In this document: in pieces, positions 23,241 to 36,990 of the stretch
Layout: each line of letters opens with the position of its first letter
How positions within the stretch are numbered: the first letter of the stretch is position 1
NCBI GenBank assembly: GCA_964016885.1
Contig: OZ024755.1
Location: 19,096,001 to 19,160,000, forward strand
Direction: 5' to 3'
Source of the DNA: Eledone cirrhosa
Taxonomy: Eukaryota
Length of the DNA stretch: 64,000 nt
Translations under genes and position numbers: made by a program
Notes under the pieces: generated by a model
The model's database searches: none
Told to the model about the DNA's origin: nothing
What the model saw: the letters and a program-made list of their open reading frames with translations, nothing else

Positions 23241-24214
23241 CCCATCCTAGACATATATAACGACGAGGTTCTGCTCGATTTCCGTCTAGTGAATTTCACC
23301 ATCAATTTGGTCAACCCAAGGTTATAAAAAAAAAAAACACTTGGTCAAGTTGCCATGCCATCTGGACTGAATCTAAAACCAGAATTTCATCTAAAATGTT
23401 CTTGTGTGTATATATGGATGGACACAACATTATGGTGTAAATGGTATAACTTCTGTTTCTATTTCTAATCTGCTTAGTATTAAAGATTTATTAAAACTAA
23501 AGACGTGACCTTATGTCTGAACTACAGATATGTGGATATAATGACAACAACAGCATTTTTCTTTCTCTAAGTCCAAAAATATTGAGAGTTACATATGTGA
23601 TTATTACACTAGATGGTTATTGCTGAAGAAGGAAAATAGTAGCTGATTAATATTCCAATCTACAAGATGGTGGTGGCGGTGGTGGTGGCAGTAATAGCAA
23701 TGCCAAACATGATGATTTAGTCTTTAAATCAATACATTAGAATTGATATATTATATGATCTCTTTGCTTTGTCAATATATATATATATATTTCTGCTAAA
23801 TATACTTCTGGTATTTATTGGCACCACACCATAAAGCAGTGTCTCAAAAGGTTCTGTCCAACCCATATAAGAATGGAAAATCTGATGTAAAAACAATGAT
23901 GATGGAATAAAGAAATATACTTCTAGTGTATATTCTATTCTGTATATATAACATATATTCTAGTATGTATATATAACAGATGTCTAGTAAATAGATTTCT
24001 GCTAAATATTCTGTTTTTATATATAGTGTATTCCTGGTAAGTATAATTCAAAATAAATATTCTATTTATATGAGGACAGATCTTCCATTGGTTTCAGCAA
24101 TAAATAAATATTCAGTTGTTTAATTAACAGAACTTTCACCTCATGAATTAACATGTAAGAGGTTGAGTACTCAGGATTTATGACCATAGATAAGGGTAAA
24201 CATGAACACTGAAT

Positions 24215-24562
24215 TAAATATAGTGAGTTTGGCTTTTACATTTACCCTGTCTTCTTCTGATGACCAGGTGCTGAAGCTGGTGCATTACTGCATCAGCTCC
24301 TGAATTTTTTGCATTTAATTCACATTCCTGCCTTTTATCACTTAAGAAAATGGCCACGAGATGTTTGAACTTCTCCACCCGTTTCCATGCAATTCCACTC
24401 ACATGTAGAGTGCACTGTGCATCTTCCTTGAAAGGATGAGTGTCTCAGTCTTTTGCAGCACTGATATTCATTCCTGCCATGCAGCACTTAGCATGCAACC
24501 TCTCCTGTGCACGTTGGAGATACAACAAGTTAAGTAGTACCAAGTCATCAGAAAATTCCAGC
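24215..24562 (-). mobile_element. RTE LINE fragment, same family as 59500-60970
   Basis: LEFSDDLVLL...GMNISAAK, VEKFKHL..IF. Aligns by eye with 59970-60325. Confidence 0.8.
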
Positions 24563-24771
24563 CAAATGGTTGATATGAGGCTATAGTAAAGACACTGGCC
24601 CAAGATGCCACACAGTGTGATCAAACCCCAGGACTTCTGATTGTGAAGCAAACTTCTTAACCCATCAGTTATGATGTTAATAAATATACTTCTTATATAG
24701 GTTCTAGTTTATATAATATATATATAATATAATTCTGCTATATATATCATAGCTCTTGTTATAAATAGTCT

Positions 24772-24804
<33 letters not shown>

Positions 24805-26404
24805 CTCTCTCTCTCTCATATATATATATATATTAATTCAAAATATTAACAATATAGGTATTCTTGTGATCAAGTATATTTTATTATACATATTTCAGAG
24901 GTACTGAGTTAAGTTCAACAGCACGTCCTCATCAGATAAACCCATGCTAGCATGGAAGATGGACGTTAAACGATGATGATGATGCATGACATACCCTGAC
25001 ATAGTAGATGGTTAAGATTCATATTTTGTTAATATTTTGAATTAATATTAATAACTCTGGAAAACCTTTTTCTTTTGAGTGCTTCCAATCTATTGTAAAA
25101 CTCATTCTTTGATGTATTCATTGAACCTTGTTTAACTTTTAAATCAATCTCTCTATCCATCTATCCATCTTCATCTTCATCATCATTTTACGTCCGCTTT
25201 TCCCTGCTTGCAAGGGTGGGACGAGAACTGATTCTGGCTTGATTTCTACAGCTGGATGCCCTTCCTAACACCAACCTCATTTACAGTGAGTGCTGGGTGC
25301 TTTTTTGCCGTGGCGCCTACATATCCACTTTACAGTGTGGGCTGGGTGCTTTTTTGCTGTGGCACCTCTACGACCACTTTGCAGTGGAATGATAGCGACC
25401 CCAGTCCCTATCATCTCATTTCTACAGCTGAGTAAACTGGAGCAATGTGAAATAAAGTGTCTTGCTCAAGGAAACAACACATCACAGGTATTATATATAT
25501 AATTATGGTAAATATAGAGACAGAAAAAATTGAGAGAATTTATTCTTGTCATTTAAGGAAGTTTTGTAGCTCAATAAAAATAAATAAAAGTAAGGTATAG
25601 ACAAACCTTCCACAACTAGACTTCAGAGACCAGAGTAACAGGAAGTAGGTGTAACTGGCTTATTATATAGCCAGTCTGAAGTAGTATTGGTGATCCTAGA
25701 AGGTATATGCAGTGGATACAATTGATTTGATATAAGATTTCCTGTTTCAATAGTGAGTATATTTTACAAGCTGCTGATACCTAGTGTCAGCTCTATCCAA
25801 ATACAATTATTAGCAGACTTTTATAAAGCTGCCCTAGACGAAATTAATGTATACATGTTAATGTCTTAATAAGAGAAGAATATGAAATAGCAGATCATAT
25901 AGAAACATGTCCAAATATGAATAAATAATAAAAGTAAGATATATTTTAATATATATGAATACTGTAGGGAGTAAAAGACAAGCTCTTGGCAAGTCAATTC
26001 ACCTCATTTACATATTTAATGCCTTTGAGAAAGAGATAGGAAGATTATGAAGCCTTATTTCTCTCCCTTATGAAATTGTGGTTCTATACCAAAATAAAGA
26101 ATCAATATTTGTGTAGTAATTCAATCATGTTTTGTTCAGAACAGATCCACAAGCCATTACATTCAGTTAGAGATGTGTGTTGTACTCAGCAATATAATTT
26201 CTAACTAAGGCTGAAGTGAATATTTACGAGTATACAATTGGCATTCCGTCTTTTAACTTACACTTTAGCTAGCCAGTGACAAAAATGCTCTGTGTGTGTA
26301 TTATATATATATATATATATATATTTATTATATATATATTATATATATATATAATCACAGATTCCTCTAAACTATTATAGAGATGATTAAACTTCCCCTT
26401 TTTT

Positions 26405-27108
26405 CCACACGTCTCTAAAATTGTCAAGAAGGCCAAGGGTGTCTTAGCATTACTCAGCAAGACCTTTGTCAGCCGCTCTCCAGCTATCTATTTAAAGCTT
26501 GTCATAGCTATGGTGCGGCCACACTTAGAATTTGCATCACCAGTCTGGAACCCCTATCTTGCTCAGAACATTGACCGCCTGGAAACTGTTCAGAGACGTG
26601 CAACCAAGCGAATACCCTCCATCAGGCATCTACCATACTCTGAACGCCTTGCTTCCCTGGGCATGGATACATTGAAGCTCCGACGTCTGGCAACTTACTT
26701 GGTAAACACCCACAAAATTATTAACCATCTTGCCAACAACAACCCTGAGCACTTTTTTGATTTCCATGTGTCTAACACACGTGGACATGCCGACAAAGTC
26801 AGAAAACAGCACAGCTCCCATGACTTTCGGAAACATTTTTTCACTCTCAGAGTTGCTGAAGCATGGAACAAACTACCTGCATCAGTTGTTAGCTGTCAAG
26901 ACACTGCATCCTTTAAAACCTCCATGCTTCCCGAGATTCGCCAACACTACACCTAATGTTCCCCCTTCATACACATACACACATGTATAGCATGACTCAT
27001 ACACTATTCACTTCCCTGACATTTGTATATTATTCTATGTACTATACATCCACCTTTGACGAGTTGTAGTGCACCTGAGAACTTTACACAATAATTTCAT
27101 TATTATTA
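26405..27108 (+). mobile_element. CR1-clade LINE 3' end (intact C-terminal frame, 3'UTR, (ATT)n tail)
   Basis: ORF 26510-26956: VRPHLEFASPVWNPY...LETVQRRATK...YSERL..LGM.TLKLRR...TRGH...FFTLRVAEAWNKLP. Tail ATTTCATTATTATT. Confidence 0.95.
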
Positions 27109-27741
27109 TATTCCACAGAAAACAAATTATTTGACAAAATAAAATTATCTAGTTGTTGATGTTTAGCCCTGTTTGAGCAGACGTATGATCAAAGGTATTC
27201 TAACTATGGTCATCTTGTCCTTTATTTTTCAGACATTTAAGACTACATTATCCAGTATGACTTTTCATTTTTTAAGATAGCGGCGGTTTAATTTGAGGGA
27301 CATTTAGCTGTTGTTTCTAGTAGGTTCAGTGTTCACACAGAGGCTAGTTCTATAGTTATTGATGTGAATACTGACTGACGCTGTGGGTGGAACCTTTAAA
27401 AAACATACATCATAAATATGTGTAATAAAGCTGCCATTTTAACTATCTACAATTTGAATACATAGTGCATGGTAAACTTCCCTGGAGTCCTCCAGTACAT
27501 GAAGTAAATATCAACAGTGATAACATAAACAGTAACATGGTAACATAAACAAAATTAGTTCACTAAATTCTGTAGAAATATTAGTGACACTTCACCCTCT
27601 CATCCCATCAAGGGAGATATTGTTTCAGACATTCTCTCTGGTTTTTCTAATCTGCAAATTTTGATTTTATTATAAATCCTTATTTAGCAAGTAGGAAAAT
27701 TGTCAAAAAATGTTAGGTCTAATTTAACATAGAAATTATTT

Positions 27742-28167
27742 CTAGTAGGTGTAGATAATTGTTTCTACTTTAGGCACAAGGCCAGCAATTATCCAGTGCA
27801 TTACTGGTACTTTATTTTATCGACCCCGTAAGGATGAAACGCAAAGTTAACCTCGGCGGGATTTGAACTCAGAATGGCAAGGGCCGTAACTCTATGCGTC
27901 AAAGCATGGCGTCCGACCCTCTACCGATACTGCCAATCCACCGCCCTAGTAGGTGTAGATAATTGTTTCTACTTTAGGCACAAGGCCAGCAATCACCCAG
28001 TGTATTACTGGTACTTTATTTTATCGACCCCATAAGGATGAAAGGCAAAGTTAACCTCGGCGGGATTTGAACTCAGAATGGCAAGGGCCGTAACTCTATG
28101 CGTCAAAGCATGGTGTCCGACCCTCCACCGATACTGCCAATCCACTGCTCTAGTAGGTGTAGATAAT
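27742..28167 (-). mobile_element. Tandem dimer of the young SINE with a triplicated 18-bp TSD
   Basis: CTAGTAGGTGTAGATAAT at 27742, 27946 and 28150. Confidence 0.95.
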
Positions 28168-28394
28168 GGAGTATCATTTGAAAGAAATTTAGCTGCTATT
28201 TCTAGTAGTTCAAGCGACAGGATAAGGTTCTCTTGTTGGCTCAATTGTAACATGTTAGTTTCTTAAGGTTCATGTTCAGATATCAATGATGATTTTTTTC
28301 AATATATGGCATATATTTTCTGAATATATCTAGTATTTAAGATATACTGAAACTTTATTACTACTTACCTAATAAGAATTATACACATTTCACC

Positions 28395-28606
28395 TATGTA
28401 TGATATACTCAAACATTATCCAAGGAATATGTGACAGCCGCCCCCAAAATATCGATGGTAAAATGTGGATGTTGGCTTATATATGCCATCTAAGCAATGT
28501 GTTGATTACCTGCCTCTGCTTATAAATGGGGTTTGGATTTTTGACCATTTCTCAGACATAAAATAGGAGGGGACTTATATGCAAATTGGCTTATGTTTAT
28601 ACAGTA
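28395..28606. mobile_element. pogo/Tc2-like MITE (second copy 36424-37001, interrupted by an RTE-X 3' end)
   Basis: The two copies are collinear. Terminus TA-CCGTATCTACTCAAATATAAGCC and reverse terminus ...TATACAG-TA. Confidence 0.6.
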
Positions 28607-28750
28607 CTTCAATACTGGTAAAGGTAGCATGTAAAATTAAATTCATGAATTACAAACCAATATAAATCTTCATGTTGGAGGTAAAAAAATATTAGTAGAC
28701 ATAGTTATGGTATTTTGGGCATTGCATATTTTAGCACTAATACATATATT

Positions 28751-29067
28751 TAGAGTTGTACCCGGCATTTGCTGGGGTTAGGTTCCTAGAGCACCCACAA
28801 AGAGGGAAAAACTGCGAATATTAGATATGGTTCATAAAAAGGTCTATAAACATAAAATATAGGCCGGCAAATATGGTTTTATTGTTGTTAATGATTTAGC
28901 ATTAAAAAGCATGAAAAAATATATATTGCCACGCAAAAAGCCATAAAAAATTTGTAGAAGATTTTACGATTCTGCAATTATGTGGTGGCTTCCACGAACA
29001 ATTATTAATTAGGTTCTAAGGAAAATTCTGCAAATAACCGGGACCACAAATGCCGGGGGTACACTGT
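28751..29067. mobile_element. Tigger/pogo-like MITE
   Basis: Imperfect TIRs GAGTTGTACCCGGCATTTGC / GCATTTGTGG...CAGTGTACCCCCGG (reverse complement at the right end). Confidence 0.65.
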
Positions 29068-29099
29068 GTATATATATAGGTGGGTATATATATATATAT

Positions 29100-29138
<39 letters not shown>

Positions 29139-29194
29139 CCCACCCTTGCAAGCAAGGAAGAGCGGACGTAACATGATGATGATGATGATACATG

Positions 29195-29251
<57 letters not shown>

Positions 29252-29253
29252 GC

Positions 29254-29288
<35 letters not shown>

Positions 29289-29475
29289 TATATATACACA
29301 CACACACACATATATATATACACACACACACACATATATATATATACACACACATACATATATATACACACACATACATATATATATATACACACACATA
29401 CATATATATATATATATACATACACACATATATATATATACACACACACACATATATATATATATACACACACAC

Positions 29476-29510
<35 letters not shown>

Positions 29511-29583
29511 TATATATACACACATATATATACACACACACACATATATATACACACATATATACACACACACACATATATAT

Positions 29584-29630
<47 letters not shown>

Positions 29631-29640
29631 GAGAGAGAGC
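29068..29640. repeat. Compound (TA)n/(CA)n microsatellite containing a short (GAT)n-tailed retroelement end
   Basis: Direct inspection. Source of the spurious I/Y/H/T ORFs. Confidence 0.95.
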
Positions 29641-30924
29641 TCTACACCCAGTTCTGCCAGAGACAAGATGTCTGCTTAATTTCTATCCCACCATCTAATA
29701 AACTGAGACCATATCTCATAGATCTGTAGTCAACAAGATGAATGTCTTATTATTTGGTTGTATTGAATATATCAGCAAAACAACACTCATGTCATTGATT
29801 TGGTGGGGGAAGGGGGATGATAATTATGTTTAGACCAGCAAAATAATCAGTATTACAAAAGATAGTAATAAAACAAACTAACATCCTTCATTGCTCAAAT
29901 TACTTTGCAGATTGCCAACCTTCCTTTTCATACTACAACTACCTTCCTTGTTGCTACTACTACTACTACTACTACTATTACTACTACTACTACTATTAAT
30001 AATTGTTTCTACTTTAGGCACAAGGCCAGCAATTTGAAGGAGTGGGGAAAGTCAATTAAATCGACCTCAGTACATTACTGGTACTTTATTTTATCGACCC
30101 CGTAAGGATGAAAGGCAAAGTTAACTTTAAGCATGGAGACTCATCAGGTCAGTGCTTATCCTGGGTTTTCTGGTGTGAAGCAACTGAAAGTACAAGATTT
30201 CTCCTTGGACAGGATGCCATTCCATCAGAGGGTGAAACCCCCAGCTATTGCTAGTACTCATTTTTAGCTCAGTATACTGGAGCAACGTGAAATGAAGTGT
30301 TTTGCTCAAGAACGCAACACAGTGCAGGAAACAAACTTATGGCATTATGATTCTAAGTCCAACACACATACCACTAGGCTACACACCTCCACTACACTTA
30401 GTCAGGGACTGGACACTTGGTGAGGAAATGGGCATCACCAAACATCTCTAAGGCGCACTGGAATGCCATGATGTACAATGAAATATCTAAAGTGGCTCCA
30501 CAATGATTGGCTAAACCAGTTGCAGGAAATTGATTGATTTATTGATCATTTATGTGTCCAATTCATCTGGATAATGTTGCTATTGAACAGTAGTTATGAT
30601 ATTATAGTTTAGTCCTAGGCCAGCTTTCATTAAACATATCTACTTATGATCAAATTAGTTTCAGCCATGATCATCCCATGTTTTTTTCCTACACAGTGAA
30701 TATAGGAATATATTATCCAATGTGTTCTTCCTGTTTTTAAGATGGTAGAATGTGATTGGATGGCTATTTGGCTGCTGTTTCTAGCAAATGAAGCAACCCA
30801 TATAGTCACCAACTCTGCAGGGTATAATATAAATTAGGGGTTATTAAGGAAAATATGTGTGTAGAACCCCCAAAATTTGTGGTGAACTAGAAATATAGTG
30901 ATTAACATGGATATAATGATGCTT

Positions 30925-31730
30925 TGAGAGGTAAGGCTTGATTTTAGCTTTTCTGATGGGTAAGGCTTGACTTTAGTATTTTTAGGGGTAAGGTTTGACT
31001 TTACTGTTTTTGAGGAGTGAGGCGTGACTTTATTATTTTTGAGCGGTAAGGCTTGACTTTATTATTTTTGAGAGGTAAGGCTTGACTTTATTATTTTTGA
31101 GTAGTAAGGCTTGACTTGACTATTTTTGAGTAGTAAGGCTTGACTTGACTATTTTTGAGGGGTAAGACTTGACTTTATTATTTTTGAGAGGTAAGGCTTG
31201 ACATTATTATTTTTGAGAGGTAAGGCTTGACATTACTATTTTTGAGGAGTAAGGCTTGACATTATTATTTTTAGGGGTAAGGTTTGACTTTACTATTTTT
31301 GAGGAGGAAGGCTTGACTTTATTATTTTTGAGGGGTAAGGTTTGACTTTATTATTTTTGAGGGGTAAGGTTTGACTTTATTATTTTTGAGGGGTAAGCTT
31401 GACATTACTATTTTTGAAGGGTAAGGCTTGACTTGACTATTTTTGAGGAGTAAGCTTGATATTACTACTTTTGAAGGGTAAGGCTTGACATTACTATTTT
31501 TGAGGAGTAAGGCTCGACATTATTATTTTTGAGGAGTAAGCTTGACTTTATTATTTTTGAGGAGTAAGCTTGACTTTATTATTTTTGAGGAGTAAGGCTC
31601 GACATTACTATTTTTGAAGGGTAAGGCTTGACTTTATTATTTTTGAGGAGTAAGGCTCGACATTACTATTTTTGAAGGGTAATGCTTGACTTTATTATTT
31701 TTGAGGGGTAAGGCTCGACCTAACTATTTT
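30925..31730. repeat. ~29-bp minisatellite (~27 units)
   Basis: Consensus GAGGGGTAAGGCTTGACTTTATTATTTTT with variable positions. Confidence 0.95.
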
Positions 31731-33722
31731 TAATGATGATATTTCTCTGATATTTCTATTAGAGAAACAATGGTAAAAAAAAATGTTCTCTTTTATGATA
31801 ACAAAACTGTTAAAATCAAGAATTGCTACACATTAATATTACAGCTATAGTGAATTGTTCATGTGTTAAAGTGATAAACACTTGATCAAAGAAAGCTGAT
31901 TAATACTCAATTCTAATTTAGTAGTTTTATCTTGAAGTAAAATCAATACTTGATTTTAGTAGTTGACTTCAAGTAAATGCATATTACACTAACACAAAGG
32001 TTACAGGAGAAATTGTTGCTGATTTCATTTTGTTTAAGGTACACCATTTTACCTCATTAAAATTTCAGTTTTTCTCTCCTTTTTTTTTTTTTTGAAGTTA
32101 CATATTTATTTATTTAATCAATTTAAACATCCATTTAGAGCTGCTATGCCATGACAAACCAACAGAGGTATGTAATACCCCCTTATGATTAAGAACAAAG
32201 ACTAGATAGATAGATAGATATGAGAGAGGGGGAGATGGGGTGAGAGAGGGGAGAGAAGGGAAGAAATTAGGCAAAAGAAGCAAAAGTAAGAAAAAATGTG
32301 AAAAACAAGGACAAGGATATGAAAATGTACAAGCCACACTTAGACATTTTAATAATGTTATATAATGTTTTTTGTATATATTTAGCTTGAGGCATCTAGG
32401 TTTGTACTTAAATTATTTCTTTCTTAATGAATATCATCTGTAAGACTATCAACAAATAACTGCTCTGCTGGTCTCTAAGGGGCAGGGGGTCTCTAGCTTT
32501 AGGCTAGAGTCAGAAAAAGTTAACTAACAGATACAATGATTCAGAAAAAACACAAGAGATATAAATGATGCTACCTATTTATCATTCTAGGAACCAATTC
32601 CTTACTACCATAGCTATACACATACTTCAACATATACATACATGCAGGGTCACAGCTGATAAAGGTACATGTGGCAGATGGAGATTAACCCCTTTGTTAC
32701 CATATCTCTAATGAAAGACACTACCTATAATGAATATCGAGACTTCATTTGCTATCAAGTGGGGTGGACCTTGTCAAATCAGACCAAGGAAACAATATTT
32801 CCTATGGTCTTTCCATTCCTGATACTATCTAACTGGTTGCATCTCCTGGCAGAAAGAGCAATGTGAAATAAAGTGTCCTGTTCAAGGACATAACACATCA
32901 CCTGGTCTGGGAATTGAACTCGCAATATCACGATTATGAAACTAACTCTGTAACCACTAACACATACACTTTCACTATCTATAAATTTCAAACAATTTTT
33001 GTAATAATAGAGAATTTAGAGAGATTTCGTAATATAATTAACTTTGTATTTGAAACATAACTTAACAAAGGTCCTTACACAAACTTATATCAAGGGCACA
33101 ACAACCTCTCTAGTGTTGGTGACACAATAAAACACACCTAATACACCTGGTAAAGTGGTTTGAATAGGAAGGATATCCATGCTGAACAAAAGATCAAGAG
33201 GACTCGTCAGTTGTAACAAAGATATGACAACATCCTTAGTGCTGGTGGTATGATAAAACACACCTAGTACACTCTGTAGACTGCAGGAACGTATACAAGT
33301 GAGAATGTAGGTCATCAAGAAGGTTATCTGAGACAATAAAATACATCCAGCCCTCTTGGTGAAGTGGTAGTGCTTATGCCAAGATAAAAAGCATCCAGTC
33401 CACCCTGTTTGATGGTTATGATGGTGTCACAATCAAATGTGCTGATGCATTATTTAAAACCAGACACATACAATGTTATTTCCAATAAATATTCTCTTAA
33501 CAGAACAGTCATGAGTGAGTCACTTATTAAAGACACCATGACAAAATGCTGTCCTTTATTGAGTACCTGTGGCCTCTAAAATACATAATTTTATTAGTTT
33601 CTTGCAAATCGTTTAATCTCTAGAAAGAAAATTGATCTATGAATTATCTGTGTCACTTATTATCATATTCAATCAATCAATCACGTTCTCATAACTGGTA
33701 CAGCCAGTCATTGGTGTGCCAC

Positions 33723-33938
33723 TTAACCCTTTAGCATTTAAACCGTTCGTATCTGGCCAGAATTCTCTCACCCCTTTCTGTTCAAATCAGCCATAACTGG
33801 CCCCTCAATCTGACTTTAAGGTATAGTTCTCAAAATAAATAATATCAAAATCTCATAGATTCGATATTATGTGAGATAAAGACTTTACCATGAAAATACA
33901 ATAGTAAATAAAGAGTAATGTAAATTCTAAAGGGTTAA
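33723..33938 (-). mobile_element. piggyBac-type MITE family 1 inserted into a ~43-bp degenerate tandem repeat
   Basis: TTAA at both ends, TIR CCCTTTAG(C/A)ATTTA. The flanking repeat CAGCCAGT..TTGGGGTGCCACT continues on both sides. Confidence 0.9.
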
Positions 33939-34939
33939 GATGTGCCACTGGTGCAGCCAGTTATTGGGGTGCCACTCTAGACATGTCACTGATGCAGCCG
34001 GTTGTTGTTGGGGTGCCACTCTAAACGTGCCACTATTGCAGTCAGTTGGTGGGGATTCACCCTAGACATTTTAATGTGTGTCCATTATGGCATTTCACTG
34101 GTCCTTAGAAATGTCTGACAGTGCCCATCTCCAAGATATTACCAATGCCTAAATTCTGAAAACCAACTGCCAGAATTATAAGACATTGTAGAAGAATATA
34201 AACTACATCTAACTTGCTACATCCTGCTCTTGGCAAATAATTGATGTCTTAAAGATAACAATACTGAGGATTATGAAAGGTGATATAGAGGAAAGAGGTA
34301 AGTAACCACAAAAAAGAAAACAAAAGAACTGATGTAGAACATTCTAAGAAGATGTGCAGTTAGTTTAAAGATATATCATTTGGCAAGTGTCTAAGCATAG
34401 TATATTGCTGCCAAATGTGAACACTGGAAAAGTCACACTTTCTAATATGTCTTGGCAGTATTGGTAGAACATCGGATGGACGACAGGCTTTGCAGCATAT
34501 AGTTACAGCCCTTTACATTCCGAGTTCAAATTCTACTGAAGTTAGCTTTACCATCCATCATTACAAAATTGTTGGTCTTGTGCCTAAATTATAAACCATT
34601 ATTTTAATTATTCTAGTTCTTAGCTCTTGATCTTAATTTTCTATTTCTCACTCTATTTGTTTTAAGTTCATTTTATTTAAATTATTATATTTGTTAAGTG
34701 ATATTGGGTCTTGAATAATGCCCCCCCCCCCCCCCCCAATTATTAATTTTTCAGATCCCCCTTCCTTCACACACACACCCTGCTCTTATTCCAATGCCCA
34801 CACTTATTAAATTTTGCTAATCTATCTCCAGTGAAATTTTATTCTAAGTGGTAGCATTCCTGTGACAATTTTCTTTATACATTAAAAAACCTTATACATG
34901 ACAAAAAACAAAAGTAGATAACTAGAAATCCCACATGTT

Positions 34940-35684
34940 AAATGGTATGCATGGGACCTGGTCAACCGAGATGGAGAGCACTTTTTGGAGGAACACAGTC
35001 TAGGTCCTTGGACGAGTTGCCAGCAAATGCCTGAAGATCAGTTACGTCTTCTGATACACCAATGGCAATTATTTCATGGGTGGCAGATTCAGTAGCTTTC
35101 TCAATGTGTCTAGACTCAGCAACAACTACAGGCAGATTTCTAAGCTCCAATAAGATCTCTCATTGTGAGAGATCTACATGAGTGTTTGTTTTAATTCCTG
35201 CTATTTCTAGCCTTAGCTCAGAAATCAGTTGTCGAATTTCCGCAGCTTCCGTATAGATGGTTGATTTTTGTTGAACACTAATGGGAGAGGAAGATGTGGT
35301 CGGCTTTTGTTGTTGTCAATGTTCTTCAACAGGAATGATAGGGGAAGACACGGTCGTCAGTTTTTGTTGTTGTTGTTGTTCAACAGCAATGGTAGAGGAA
35401 GACACACAGACCAGACACTGAAAGAACCAATTTCAAAGATGGACCATTTCCCAGAGTCCATCCATCATAGCAATATAGTGTCCCTTTTTTTGACCTGGGA
35501 TCTTCGGAAAGTATGTGGCACAATGAAGGCAAACAGAAACACAACATTTACCAGATTCAACCCATTGTTTTCAAAAAGAGTTCTCGGGTTCTGTGCTTAG
35601 ATGACAGACATGATTTTCTGGACAATGTTTTATTTTGGAACTGTGACCAGTTTTGTTGCACACTTCATCCATGCATGTTAGCAT
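34940..35684 (-). pseudogene. Degenerate LINE (CR1/L2-type) ORF1: PHD-like Cys/His region, coiled coil, RRM-like segment
   Basis: A single 241-codon frame from ATG 35684 with CPENHVCH..QWVESGKC..VCLHCA..WFFQCLVC, EIRQLISELRLEIAGIK, EIIAIGVSE and ALHLG*PGP. It is interrupted by TGA codons only. Confidence 0.65.
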
Positions 35685-36035
35685 AATAATTTTGTTTTGC
35701 TTGTCCATCCATACAATATAACAAGAGATAAACAAACATATATGTGTAAGTATAGGACAATTGGTAAGCAGATAAATAATAAAATCTTTTTGTTTTTATT
35801 TTCCTAAGTATTGTATGTGTGTATATAAACATATTTGTGCATGTATATATTTAAGAGATACATGTAGACTGGAAATGAAGTCTATATCCAGAATGTATGC
35901 AGAGTGTATATATTTAAGAGATACATGTAGACTGGAAATGAAGTCTATATCCAAAGTGTTTGTACTGTATGTACGATGGTCACTATAGTGTCTCACACAC
36001 GAAATAGCATATGTGCGTGTATCTGTGTGTGTATG

Positions 36036-36124
<89 letters not shown>

Positions 36125-36603
36125 ATATATTGTGTGAAAAGAATATATTATTGACAATAATTCAACATTAGCTGCCTTTATATTTAATTCCATATAAAGA
36201 AATAACTTCCTGACTAGGTATGTTCCCATAGCAACAGTGCATATAATATTGATTTCTTTTGACACAAGGTCAACGTTTTGCAGGTGAGTAGGGATACAGT
36301 TGATTGAATTAACCTTAGTGTATGACTGGTACTTATTTCTTTGATCCCCTAAAGGAATGAAAATCTAAGTCAGTTATTGTGGGATATACAAGTACAAAAT
36401 ACAATTTATAGTTGGATAAGAATTACCGTATCTACTCAAATATAAGCCAAGGAATATGTGACCCCAAAATCGAAAGTAAAATGACGGGGTCAGCTTATAT
36501 ATGCCATCTAAACAATATGTTGATTAGCCACCTCAGTTTATAAATGAAGTTTAGATCTTTGCCCATTTGTCAGACATAAAATGGAGGCGGGGAGGTTTAT
36601 ATT

Positions 36604-36990
36604 TGCCTAAGTACAAAGCGAAACCTACAGTCAGTAGGCACCTCTTAACAAAAATACACCCCCGTCCCACTACCCCATCCACACCACCCCTTTCAATGTA
36701 AAGTTATGTTGGTACCACAACATCCAGTCTGAAATAAATGAGGTCGTGTAGGTGTCACGACAAAAAAAACACACAGTCCACGCTGTAATGTGGCCGTGTA
36801 GGTAACACGGTAAAAACCTCCCAGTCCACACTGTAATCGTGGTTGGTGTTAGGAAGGGCATCCAGCCATAGAAAATCCGCCAGACAGCCCTATACAAGCA
36901 AGACAACCAATCTTGCCTCAAGTGGGAAAATTCCCGTCCAAACCCATGCAAGCGTGGAAGATGGACGTTAAACAATGATGATGATGATGA
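36604..36990 (+). mobile_element. RTE-X LINE 3'UTR copy with (GAT)n tail
   Basis: Matches 47384-47810. Confidence 0.8.

Noticed and set aside
25606-25834. Exon-like segment with minus-strand acceptor and donor
   Set aside because: Stops in all three frames. It could be non-coding, but nothing else supports it.
26510-26956. Host gene or active retrotransposon
   Set aside because: A 5'-truncated CR1 C-terminus lacking the RT core and endonuclease.
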